A DNA stretch of 26,971 nucleotides from a virus (taxonomy: Duplodnaviria; Caudoviricetes), in IMG/VR virus record IMGVR_UViG_3300044266_000285, positions 1-26,971 of that record. One strand, 5' to 3'. Under the pieces are notes generated by a model, which ran no database searches, was not told where the DNA came from, and saw only the letters and a list, made by a program, of their open reading frames with translations. This document shows, piece after piece, positions 9,160-16,955 of this stretch (positions are counted from its first letter, which is position 1; each line of letters starts with the position of its first letter). The translations under genes and the position numbers were made by a program.

Positions 9160-9330
9160 TTAGGCATCCACAGCAAAAAGTTCTTCCAGGGCTTCTGCTT
9201 CAGTTTCGAAGCCAACTGCATCATAGCCCGATGCATAGTGTTTGACATAGTAAGAGCCGTTGCCGGGACTTGCTTCGGTGTCGATGCCAACTTCGCCAAC
9301 ACCTTTGATTACTTTAATTGCATGGCCCAT
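9160..9330 (-). CDS. 56 aa hypothetical protein, not in the ORF track
   Basis: MGHAIKVIKGVGEVGIDTEASPGNGSYYVK...; AAAGGAG RBS directly after a promoter. Confidence 0.7.
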   Translation of the reverse strand: MGHAIKVIKGVGEVGIDTEASPGNGSYYVKHYASGYDAVGFETEAEALEELFAVDA

Positions 9331-9361
9331 TTCGCTCTCCTTTGTTCCTTACTATGTGTAT

Positions 9362-9417
9362 ATTATAGCAAATTCGGGAATTTCGGTCAACCAAAAAGTA
9401 GTACTACAAAAGTATTA
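9362..9417 (-). promoter_or_regulatory. Repeated promoter module: palindrome plus sigma70 promoter
   Basis: TAATACTTTT-GTAGTACTAC-TTTTTGG-TTGACC-17 nt-TATAAT. Confidence 0.85.
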
Positions 9418-9681
9418 CCATTTTACCACTGTGTACATATCCACAAACTGGCGTTCTTCGTAGAAGAATTCCACCTTAAAACCCTCGCCCTCCAGGATCA
9501 TACAGGCCTGCTTGTATTCAAAGGTTTTGCTATAACCTTCGTGAGCCCACCAATCGTGCAATGCAATGCTACGCTTGCCTGCTTCTGCGGCTTCGCGGAT
9601 TAGTGGATAAACTTCATCCACACGTTCTTGAACTGTGGGCCCTGCAAGTTTGCGGGCTTCTGCGGCTGTGATCTTGGTCAT
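9415..9681 (-). CDS. Hypothetical protein
   Basis: 88 aa ORF with GAGGAG RBS. Confidence 0.7.
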   Translation of the reverse strand: MTKITAAEARKLAGPTVQERVDEVYPLIREAAEAGKRSIALHDWWAHEGYSKTFEYKQACMILEGEGFKVEFFYEERQFVDMYTVVKW

Positions 9682-9682
9682 T

Positions 9683-9820
9683 TTAGCTCTCCTCTACTTC
9701 ACAAACAAAACCTTCCGACTCAAGTTCGTCAACAACGTATTGAACTTCGGATTCTTCTACACTACATTCCTCGGCCATCAGCACGCCATTGACATAACCC
9801 TTGATTGTGTATGTTTTCAT
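9683..9820 (-). CDS. 45 aa acidic protein, not in the ORF track
   Basis: MKTYTIKGYVNGVLMAEEC...; fills the gap between neighbours exactly. Confidence 0.6.
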   Translation of the reverse strand: MKTYTIKGYVNGVLMAEECSVEESEVQYVVDELESEGFVCEVEES

Positions 9821-10041
9821 TTTAGCTCTTTCAATGTGCGTTGTACATAACCAGTTGCGTATTCACCACGCCATCCCCACGAGACTCGTGTCATCCCAGC
9901 GTCTGCCAGGGCTTGATCAGCATCGCGCTCGGTCTCATACTCGCCCAGTGTTTCGTAAGTGCTGGGCGGAAGTTCGGTGCCACTGTAGCCAATACAAGCA
10001 ATCCAACGAACTTCGCACTGAACAATTTGGAAAGCCATCAT
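9817..10041 (-). CDS. Hypothetical protein
   Basis: 74 aa ORF coupled to its neighbours. Confidence 0.6.
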   Translation of the reverse strand: MMAFQIVQCEVRWIACIGYSGTELPPSTYETLGEYETERDADQALADAGMTRVSWGWRGEYATGYVQRTLKELK

Positions 10042-10229
10042 TCAACTCCGAAATGTTTCAGTATATCAAAGGCATTGTCGTCATCAACAACAAGGTCTGC
10101 ACATTCCCGAATCATCAACTCAGCGAACTTTTCTAAATCTTCGGCAGACATATACACCTCTGCGTTGCCTTTAGGAAAGTTATTTTTACCGAACAACTGG
10201 ATGAAAAGTTCTTTGACTCGTTCGTTCAT
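10038..10229 (-). CDS. MNERV...KFAELMIREC...HFGVE paralog, copy 2
   Basis: Shared motifs; AAGGA RBS. Confidence 0.75.
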   Translation of the reverse strand: MNERVKELFIQLFGKNNFPKGNAEVYMSAEDLEKFAELMIRECADLVVDDDNAFDILKHFGVE

Positions 10230-10239
10230 TTCAATTTCC

Positions 10240-10470
10240 TTAGAGTGCAAAAGACTTGCCGAACTTCTTGGTGAAGTCAGTCTTTGAAATGCTTTCGATT
10301 GACACTTTGATTTCGTCAAAGATCTCAATGGTCCGGGCCACATCGAATACATCCAAGGAACCAAAGTCCCAGAAACGATCCATCCACATACCATCCATGT
10401 CGGTCATGACCATGATTGCACGATGATAGCCGGTTTTGTAATCAACCACGCGGTACAGTGTGTGTTTCAT
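10240..10470 (-). CDS. Hypothetical protein (MKHTLYRVV...)
   Basis: AAGGAG RBS after a promoter module. Confidence 0.7.
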   Translation of the reverse strand: MKHTLYRVVDYKTGYHRAIMVMTDMDGMWMDRFWDFGSLDVFDVARTIEIFDEIKVSIESISKTDFTKKFGKSFAL

Positions 10471-10500
10471 CTTTGGCTCCTTTTTGCTTTCTATGTATGT

Positions 10501-10557
10501 ATTATAGCAAAATTGGTATTTTGGGTCAACCAAAAAAGTAGTACTACCTAAGTATTA
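10501..10557 (-). promoter_or_regulatory. Repeated promoter module: palindrome plus sigma70 promoter
   Basis: TAATACTTAG-GTAGTACTAC-TTTTTTGG-TTGACC-17 nt-TATAAT. Confidence 0.85.
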
Positions 10558-10839
10558 CAAATTCAAGTACTTTAGCTGGAACCAACTTTGGGTTTTTTCA
10601 TCAAAAAAGTCCAAATGCACTTGGTCCTGGTAGTGATACATGGCCCCATTGCGACTGGGCGTTTCGTTGCGTTCCAAGCCCCGAAAGTGGCGGTATGAGA
10701 ATCCCAACTCTCGCCGCAGGCGAGTGCGGAGTGCCATGCCCATGCCAAACTCTTCTAAAATTTTTGCATAGATGTCTGACCAGTCTCCGGGTCTGTGAAA
10801 GATGATTAGATTCTTTTTTACGGTGACGCGGGGTGGCAT
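10555..10839 (-). CDS. Hypothetical protein (C-terminal SWFQLKY)
   Basis: ORF of about 94 aa. Confidence 0.65.
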   Translation of the reverse strand: MPPRVTVKKNLIIFHRPGDWSDIYAKILEEFGMGMALRTRLRRELGFSYRHFRGLERNETPSRNGAMYHYQDQVHLDFFDEKTQSWFQLKYLNL

Positions 10840-11147
10840 AAGCAAAACCAACTCAGCGTTTTATCGCTGTCGATGTAGATACGATAGTCGTTAAATTTAA
10901 CAGCATAGGCCCAGACAGGGTTGATGTCGTTGTCTTCATATGCTTTGGGAAATCGACGCTGGTTTTCTTTCATTTCTTGTCGAGTCTCTACATCCTGGCT
11001 CCAGCCAAACTGCTCGTTAAACCAACGTCGGCAACGATCAAAGTTCAACACGCCAGTGCCAAACGTTGTGTTTTTAGAGAACTCAACAAGGTATTGGTAT
11101 CCGTATCGGCTATACCTACCGTCCATCTTTGTAATTTTATAATTCAT
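10818..11147 (-). CDS. Hypothetical protein (C-terminal SWFCL)
   Basis: 109 aa ORF. Confidence 0.65.
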   Translation of the reverse strand: MNYKITKMDGRYSRYGYQYLVEFSKNTTFGTGVLNFDRCRRWFNEQFGWSQDVETRQEMKENQRRFPKAYEDNDINPVWAYAVKFNDYRIYIDSDKTLSWFCLCHPASP

Positions 11148-11174
11148 AAAAAAAGGGCAGTGTTGCCACTGCCC
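11148..11174 (-). terminator. Intrinsic terminator after the AAA+ ATPase
   Basis: GGGCAGTG-GCAA-CACTGCCC followed by a T7 tract on the - strand. Confidence 0.85.
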
Positions 11175-11188
11175 CTCTCCCTTTCAGA

Positions 11189-12274
11189 TCAAGAGCTTGC
11201 TTGCAAGATGTACTTGCCGAAGCGATTGTGGAACTCGTCAAAGTTCTTGAGCTTGGTAGGCAACATGGGCAAGTTGTAAGTGGTGAGCGCAATACGAGCA
11301 CCCAACACAACCAACTCGGTTTCAAAGTTCTTCATCATGTATGCCAGAAAGTTATCTGCCATTTCATGGAAGTCCTTGCTGTCAACTTTCTTCTCAACAG
11401 CGTCCTTGAGCTCGTAGCACATGGAGATCACCAAACTGTACATAGCCGACACTTCTTTCACGTCCAGCGTAGTGACCTTGCCTTTCAAGATGTCTGCAGG
11501 GTTAGGCATACGACCAGCAATCTTGCGGTGAGCCATAAACTTAACAGCAAGACCTTCGCCAATGGTACCAGCAATCAAGTTCATTGCAGTATCTTCGTCG
11601 ATGCCGTCGTCGTCCAACAGTTCGCTCACAAAGGTCCAGCTACGAGGAGTAGCGAATGCACGGCTTGAGCTCTTGGCATCAAAGTCGTACAGGTCTTGCT
11701 TGGCAAAGCTCAAGTAACCAACAACGTCTTTGTTGATCTTGTTGCCAACTGCCCATTCTTGCCAGCTGGGGAAGTCCACACGCATTTCCTGGTGAACGAA
11801 ACGGTTTGCCAAAGGAGTAGGCATACGGAAAGTAACACCTTTGTCGCTTTCGCGGTTACCTGCGGCAACCATTCGAACGTTGTCAGGCAGCTTATACTTG
11901 CCGATACGACGGTTCAAAATCAGCTGATAAGCCGCAGCCTGAACTGACGCAGGGGCAGAGTTCATTTCGTCCAAGAACAGCACAACCACAGGATACTTGC
12001 TGGCAGTTTCTTCGTCCGGCAGGTCCACAGGCTCGGCCCAATCCATCTTGCCAGTGTCTTTGTTGTAGAAAGGAATACCACGAATGTCAGTGGGTTCCAT
12101 CTGGCCTAAACGGCAATCATACATGATACCGCCCAGCTCATTGGTAATGCTTTCAACCAGTTCGGATTTGCCGATGCCGGGAGGACCCCACAGGAACAGC
12201 GGGCGCTTTTTATCAAATGCGCGGAGGATACTCTTGCGAGCTTGAGCGGAAGTCACGGTGCGATTGTCTGACAT
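11189..12274 (-). CDS. MoxR-like AAA+ ATPase
   Basis: Walker A GPPGIGKS, Walker B LFLDE, AAGNR sensor, PLANRF arginine finger, TPRSW; AAAGGA RBS before MSDNR. Confidence 0.92.
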   Translation of the reverse strand: MSDNRTVTSAQARKSILRAFDKKRPLFLWGPPGIGKSELVESITNELGGIMYDCRLGQMEPTDIRGIPFYNKDTGKMDWAEPVDLPDEETASKYPVVVLFLDEMNSAPASVQAAAYQLILNRRIGKYKLPDNVRMVAAGNRESDKGVTFRMPTPLANRFVHQEMRVDFPSWQEWAVGNKINKDVVGYLSFAKQDLYDFDAKSSSRAFATPRSWTFVSELLDDDGIDEDTAMNLIAGTIGEGLAVKFMAHRKIAGRMPNPADILKGKVTTLDVKEVSAMYSLVISMCYELKDAVEKKVDSKDFHEMADNFLAYMMKNFETELVVLGARIALTTYNLPMLPTKLKNFDEFHNRFGKYILQASS

Positions 12275-12326
12275 GGAAAAGTCCTTTCGGGTGGTTAAAA
12301 AAACAAAATTTGTTGTTGAAGTATGT

Positions 12327-12355
12327 ATTGTATAAGAAATTGATTTATTGGTCAA
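12327..12355 (-). promoter_or_regulatory. Sigma70-type promoter
   Basis: TTGACC-17 nt-TACAAT. Confidence 0.75.
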
Positions 12356-12374
12356 GTCCTTGATGCAACAAGGG

Positions 12375-12617
12375 TTATTGTTGATCTTGCTTTGTTAGCA
12401 AGAAAAAAGTTAAATCTGGTCCTTCTACCTTGACCACTTGCGACCCGTCTTGGAGCAAGTCTTGCTCTCCCCATTTGGTATGCCAGCAGACCCGCGGTTT
12501 GCCTGTCTTGGTGAAGCTCTTGATCTTGCCCAGCTTGAGTTCTCGATAACCTTGACGCATGAAAATCACAAAGTCATCTACAGCAAGATCACGGCCCAGA
12601 TAATCTTTTTGGTTCAT
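12375..12617 (-). CDS. Hypothetical protein (KDYLGRDLAVDDFV)
   Basis: 80 aa ORF with ATGA coupling. Confidence 0.7.
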   Translation of the reverse strand: MNQKDYLGRDLAVDDFVIFMRQGYRELKLGKIKSFTKTGKPRVCWHTKWGEQDLLQDGSQVVKVEGPDLTFFLLTKQDQQ

Positions 12618-13084
12618 TCGGCACTCACAGTTTCGTTGTTGGTAATGTCTTGATCTGCCAAGGCCTCAGCAAGCGGAACCAGTTTATAGCCCAGCACCGT
12701 GTCGGAGCCGTAAGTAGTACCCACATACCACACACCATCCTTCATGATGTAGTAAAACTCAGCACCACAACCGTCGGCACGTTCCAGAAACGCTTCGAAG
12801 GTTTCGTCTACTTTGAACTCAGTATCCTCTATGCCGCGGTCACGACCGTAGAAAGTGGTAACGTCTTTAACAGGGTTGTCAAAACTGTGCTCAAGGCCTT
12901 CTGCGGCTTGAATGTATTGACCCAGGCTACTGATATCACCTAGGCTCACAAGGTGATTGGCTTTGGCTGAGTCGTAGTGCTCAAGCAAAATGCGACCGTT
13001 GTACTCTAGATAACCATCCCATTGGCAGTAAACGGATTTGCAGTTATTCCCGTGCATAACGCCGATTCGACTACGAGTGCCCAT
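12614..13084 (-). CDS. Conserved phage hypothetical protein (MGTRSRIG...SVYCQWDGY...G..L..HY)
   Basis: 156 aa ORF with AAAGGAG RBS; recognisable phage family pattern. Confidence 0.8.
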   Translation of the reverse strand: MGTRSRIGVMHGNNCKSVYCQWDGYLEYNGRILLEHYDSAKANHLVSLGDISSLGQYIQAAEGLEHSFDNPVKDVTTFYGRDRGIEDTEFKVDETFEAFLERADGCGAEFYYIMKDGVWYVGTTYGSDTVLGYKLVPLAEALADQDITNNETVSAE

Positions 13085-13111
13085 ATCACGCTCCTTTGTT
13101 GCAATACAGTT

Positions 13112-13140
13112 ATTATACGAAATTGGGAATTATTGGTCAA
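13112..13140 (-). promoter_or_regulatory. Sigma70-type promoter
   Basis: TTGACC-17 nt-TATAAT; a degenerate palindrome element lies at 13192-13214. Confidence 0.8.
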
Positions 13141-13308
13141 CTCAAAAAATAACCCGCAAAAATCACGGGTTTTTGGGTTAGTGCGTACTAACCAAAAGTA
13201 GTACTTGAGTATTACCGCTTACGAATACGGTGCAAGCATTTGGTTCTTGCCGCTCGACGCCCGGCGCCTTCCTTTCACCCGTCCCACTTTGACATGCTCT
13301 TGCAGAGA

Positions 13309-13497
13309 TCAAGGCTGAACGCCACCTTGTAACCGTTCAATCTCATCGGCAGCTTCTTCCAACAAGTCTGCAATACGATCGGGCTTACCCTCTTGTACCG
13401 ACAGTCTACTTGGAATTTGTCGCCTAATCTCCGCTCGCTTACGCAAACGAAAGACTAGGCTTTGTTCAGCTACTGGTAAATGGCTTTCGTCTTTCAT
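13309..13497 (-). CDS. Conserved small phage protein (RLRKRAEIRRQI...DRIADLLEEAADEIE)
   Basis: 62 aa ORF with ATGA coupling. Confidence 0.75.
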   Translation of the reverse strand: MKDESHLPVAEQSLVFRLRKRAEIRRQIPSRLSVQEGKPDRIADLLEEAADEIERLQGGVQP

Positions 13498-13892
13498 TTT
13501 GGGTATATTACAAAAGTGGGTTTTTCTTTTTTCACTGCATAATCGTAAGTATACCAAGTACCACCACGCGGCTGTCTCTCCATCTGTAGAGGAACAACCA
13601 ACAGGTAGTCGCAGGTATCTACAATAGTGCGGTTGCGTTTGAAGTGGCTTTGCGGTTCTCTGCTTTCGTTACACTTGACATAGGCTCGTAGGCCATCGTG
13701 GTCTGGTCCAGGGTGACTTACAATCTTGTAACCTATCTCTTGAGCCAACAGAGCAGCTTCAGCATCAACACCAACACAGTCTCCGTGGTGGAACTCTGCG
13801 CCTTCACAATACCTGCCTCGGAGGTACTCCTGCACCAACTCAAACTGATGCTCGGTCATGCCCTCCCTTGTTCCAGTTATACCTATTTTCAT
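13494..13892 (-). CDS. SLOG-superfamily (YspA/DprA-like) nucleotide-binding protein
   Basis: IGITGTR, HGDCVGVD, KRNRTIV, GGTWYT motifs. Confidence 0.75.
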   Translation of the reverse strand: MKIGITGTREGMTEHQFELVQEYLRGRYCEGAEFHHGDCVGVDAEAALLAQEIGYKIVSHPGPDHDGLRAYVKCNESREPQSHFKRNRTIVDTCDYLLVVPLQMERQPRGGTWYTYDYAVKKEKPTFVIYPK

Positions 13893-14788
13893 ACCAACTG
13901 CTCCCGAACCCATGCCAAACGAGCTTGCTCGTCCATGGCAGTATATTCTACAATGTTCTCACGAATAGCATCCACAAGCGGATAGTATTCTTCGTCTAGA
14001 TTGTGCTTGATGTCGTTCTTCAAGTCCACCAACTTGTCTGTACGTGGATTGCGAGCAACCCACTTCGAAGTCAAGTAGTATGGGCTCTTGATCTTGGCAC
14101 TCACACCATCTTCCGTGTAAAACACAAACCCTTCATGCCGGCATTCCTTTGCCAAGTTTTTCACAGCAGCCATACTAGTTGTTACACTTTCTGGCTTGTA
14201 GCAATTGAACATGATAGACAAGTCTTGCAACACGCATGGATCGTGGCCCACTGCGGAATTCCACTTGTTGGCACGATAGCCTAGCACATACATACCTAGC
14301 TTTTCTGGAATGATGTGCGGATCATCGGGATGAACACACTCAAACATCACAGTCATGCCTTGTAGTTTGCTGTCGGCAAATGCCATCTGCCAGTCCAGCC
14401 ATGACATGTGATGCATCATCATATCCTTGGCCATGTCAACAAAGTCACCAGAAGTAGAACCAGTGGTAGACACCAGTACATCACCTGCATGCTTGGTCAC
14501 AGCAACCATAAAGCCATTGACTTTACGAAACGCTGTCACTTGGGTGTTGTCATCCAACACTGGTGCTTCCTTTTCGATACCATAGTTGTAGATCTTTGTG
14601 AAGGGATACGACACTAGGTTGAAATCCTTGTCCACAATAGACCCACGGCATTCAGCGATGTATTCGTTCCACAAGTTGTCATAGAACACCTTCTTCTTGT
14701 ACTTTAACACATAGATACCGTCGCCGGCTGGTTTCATGTTAACCAAGTTAGAAGTTTCTACATACTCTTTTAATTTGTCCTTAAACAT
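13889..14788 (-). CDS. RNA ligase, T4 Rnl1-like
   Basis: ECRG, PFTKIYN, motif I KVNG, TVMFE, motif IV EGFV, motif V KIKSPYY. Confidence 0.85.
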   Translation of the reverse strand: MFKDKLKEYVETSNLVNMKPAGDGIYVLKYKKKVFYDNLWNEYIAECRGSIVDKDFNLVSYPFTKIYNYGIEKEAPVLDDNTQVTAFRKVNGFMVAVTKHAGDVLVSTTGSTSGDFVDMAKDMMMHHMSWLDWQMAFADSKLQGMTVMFECVHPDDPHIIPEKLGMYVLGYRANKWNSAVGHDPCVLQDLSIMFNCYKPESVTTSMAAVKNLAKECRHEGFVFYTEDGVSAKIKSPYYLTSKWVARNPRTDKLVDLKNDIKHNLDEEYYPLVDAIRENIVEYTAMDEQARLAWVREQLV

Positions 14789-15242
14789 ACCAAATTTCCT
14801 CGAAGCCTTCTTCTTCAGTTGGCATTTCAAAATGTTTAATCATGCCCTGCATTACATTCCAAGGAATGTTTTTACCAGGGCGACTGCCCAGTCGACGATC
14901 CAGTTCTTCTGGGTCTGGTGTAGCAAATACCACAGCAATGTGCTCATAGTCGGGAAGCATATTGAACTTTTTAGTACGACTTTTTACAGTAGTGCTAGTC
15001 TGGTCCCATATAACGTCTCGGCCAGCTTCGCGAGCTTTTACAACGTCATCTGCCATCATCTTAACTGCAACCGGCATGAAGTCTTTGAAGATATCGTTGT
15101 AGGTCTTGCCTTGGATTTTTGCTTGTGCCTCAACATGATTGTCTGTAGACACTATAACGCAATCCTTGGACCACTCTTGATTCTCGACCCAGGTACTCTT
15201 GCCTGCGCCAGGCACACCTATCAATTGATAACACTTAGGCAT
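14781..15242 (-). CDS. P-loop kinase (AAA_33 / polynucleotide kinase-like)
   Basis: GVPGAGKSTW, STD, WDQT...R, R...R lid, PTEEEGF. Confidence 0.88.
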   Translation of the reverse strand: MPKCYQLIGVPGAGKSTWVENQEWSKDCVIVSTDNHVEAQAKIQGKTYNDIFKDFMPVAVKMMADDVVKAREAGRDVIWDQTSTTVKSRTKKFNMLPDYEHIAVVFATPDPEELDRRLGSRPGKNIPWNVMQGMIKHFEMPTEEEGFEEIWYV

Positions 15243-15252
15243 CACTATCTCC

Positions 15253-15795
15253 TCAATGGTGAGAGCGAATCTCACCCTTCAATGCGTCAGCGATCATGTC
15301 GTCCAAGTTTGAAACCACTCGACCTGTTGCGTCGAACGCCACATCACGAGCACGATACGGTTCCAAACCAGTCCGGCCTCCGTGAACATGACCATAAAAG
15401 TGAACAGCACCGCGGTGCATCTGGTCCCATTCATGTATGGGGTAGTGAAACATAATCACAATTTGACCGTCGTGGTTGTATCGCAAATAAGAGTGAACTT
15501 CTCGAAACTCCTTGCGAAACGCAGGATCGTTCAACAACTTGCGATCGTGGTTGCCTTCGATCAAAATCTTAGTGCCGTTTAAACGGCGCAAGATATTAAC
15601 TGCATCTTTTGCTGGCAAGAAAGCAAAGTCACCTAAAATAAATGTTTCATCGTCCTGTGCAACACTTGCATTCCAATCTGCAATCATCTTTTCACGCATG
15701 TCTGTAACGTCCGTGAAGCCTGCCCGTGTTACTGGGCAGAACTTCATGATATTTGCGTGACCAAAATGTAAATCTGAAGTAATCCATTTTGTCAT
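15253..15795 (-). CDS. Calcineurin-like metallophosphoesterase
   Basis: SDLHFGH, LGDF, GNHD, HYP, GHVH. Confidence 0.93.
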   Translation of the reverse strand: MTKWITSDLHFGHANIMKFCPVTRAGFTDVTDMREKMIADWNASVAQDDETFILGDFAFLPAKDAVNILRRLNGTKILIEGNHDRKLLNDPAFRKEFREVHSYLRYNHDGQIVIMFHYPIHEWDQMHRGAVHFYGHVHGGRTGLEPYRARDVAFDATGRVVSNLDDMIADALKGEIRSHH

Positions 15796-16073
15796 TATTC
15801 TACTCCGAAATGTTGTTTAATCTTACTATATATTGTATCAGCAGCTTGTTCGCCTGCGGCATACCTATTCTTGTTAGTGAAATCTAGAGATGCCAGGCGA
15901 TGTTTGGAATAAACGGCTTGTGTTTCATCACACATCGCCATACATTCCTTCACAATCAACTCAGCGAACTTATCCAAAAGTTCAGGAGTGTCAGACATTG
16001 TTTCTTTTGAAGGATTGAGTACCCAGGTACTAAATCCAGCCTCTTTAGCAAGTTCTCGAATCCGTTTGTTCAT
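15795..16073 (-). CDS. MNKRI...KFAELIVKEC...HFGVE paralog, copy 3
   Basis: Shared motifs; AAAGGTG RBS. Confidence 0.75.
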   Translation of the reverse strand: MNKRIRELAKEAGFSTWVLNPSKETMSDTPELLDKFAELIVKECMAMCDETQAVYSKHRLASLDFTNKNRYAAGEQAADTIYSKIKQHFGVE

Positions 16074-16077
16074 AATA

Positions 16078-16296
16078 TCACCTTTGTCTAAACAGTCGGT
16101 CGTCCACAAACAGAGTATATTCATGTTCTGCGATTCCACTGACTGGGTCAGAGGTAGAGATCATTACTTTGAGTTTCTTCCCAAGGAAGAAGTCAATCAG
16201 TGTGTGCAGATTTTCTTCTACTACCTCATTATGCTGGTAGCCATACTGCTCAAGTTTAACTGATCCAGCCCAATCAAAAATCAAAACCTTGCTCAT
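16078..16296 (-). CDS. Hypothetical protein
   Basis: 72 aa ORF with ATGA coupling. Confidence 0.65.
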   Translation of the reverse strand: MSKVLIFDWAGSVKLEQYGYQHNEVVEENLHTLIDFFLGKKLKVMISTSDPVSGIAEHEYTLFVDDRLFRQR

Positions 16297-16493
16297 TCTT
16301 CAACTCCGAAATGTGTTAGAATATTTCCGCCAATCCATTCACATGCACTTTCATCAGCCGAATCAGCAATCTTCGCACATTCCCTGACAATCAACTCGCT
16401 GAATTTTTCAACTAATTCCTTGGGAACATTTTGGTGTTCATAGTCGGCGTGTCGGCATGCCTGCATAAAAAGTTTTAGAATTCGTTCGTTCAT
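16293..16493 (-). CDS. MNERI...KFSELIVREC...HFGVEE paralog, copy 4
   Basis: Shared motifs. Confidence 0.75.
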   Translation of the reverse strand: MNERILKLFMQACRHADYEHQNVPKELVEKFSELIVRECAKIADSADESACEWIGGNILTHFGVEE

Positions 16494-16675
16494 TTTGTCA
16501 CCACCATTTTAATTTGAACACACCGGGTGTGATTCTTCGGATAAGACATAGTGCTTTCCACGTTCTTTTGTAGAAATTGGCATACTTCTAAATCCGGCAA
16601 CGGGGGACTGTAAACAACATCGCTGCCGTTATAGCCACCGCTCGAAATCAGAAACCAAACTAAAATGGTATTCAT
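16490..16675 (-). CDS. Small exported protein with two Cys (MNTILVWFLI...)
   Basis: GGAG RBS; layout similar to 5234-5416. Confidence 0.6.
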   Translation of the reverse strand: MNTILVWFLISSGGYNGSDVVYSPPLPDLEVCQFLQKNVESTMSYPKNHTRCVQIKMVVTK

Positions 16676-16676
16676 G

Positions 16677-16874
16677 TTATTCTCCAAATGTAAATTCACG
16701 CACCCACTCGAACCGAGTACTTGCAGGAACCCACTTAAAATGTTGTTTACGACGGTCTTGTTGTTCAAAGTCTGAACACACACAAACCCATCCTTTTTCT
16801 TCCGAGAAGCCCACAGTCTCTACGACCCGCACGACTTCTACAATTTGATCTTTGATCTTTGCGACAATCATCAT
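16677..16874 (-). CDS. Hypothetical protein (MMIVAKIK...)
   Basis: AAAGGAG RBS after a promoter module. Confidence 0.7.
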   Translation of the reverse strand: MMIVAKIKDQIVEVVRVVETVGFSEEKGWVCVCSDFEQQDRRKQHFKWVPASTRFEWVREFTFGE

Positions 16875-16899
16875 GCTGGCTCCTTTCTTGCTATAGTGT

Positions 16900-16955
16900 A
16901 TTATAGCAAATGGGGCAATTTTGGTCAACCAAAAAGTAGTACTACCTAAGTATTA
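16900..16955 (-). promoter_or_regulatory. Repeated promoter module: palindrome plus sigma70 promoter
   Basis: TAATACTTAG-GTAGTACTAC-TTTTTGG-TTGACC-17 nt-TATAAT. Confidence 0.85.

Noticed and set aside
13144-13175. Hairpin AACCCG-N9-CGGGTT as a terminator
   Set aside because: Short stem with a long loop; plausible but too weak to call.
9391-16955. Palindromic repeats as a CRISPR array or IS ends
   Set aside because: Copies are kilobases apart, tied to promoters, with no regular spacers, cas genes or transposase.
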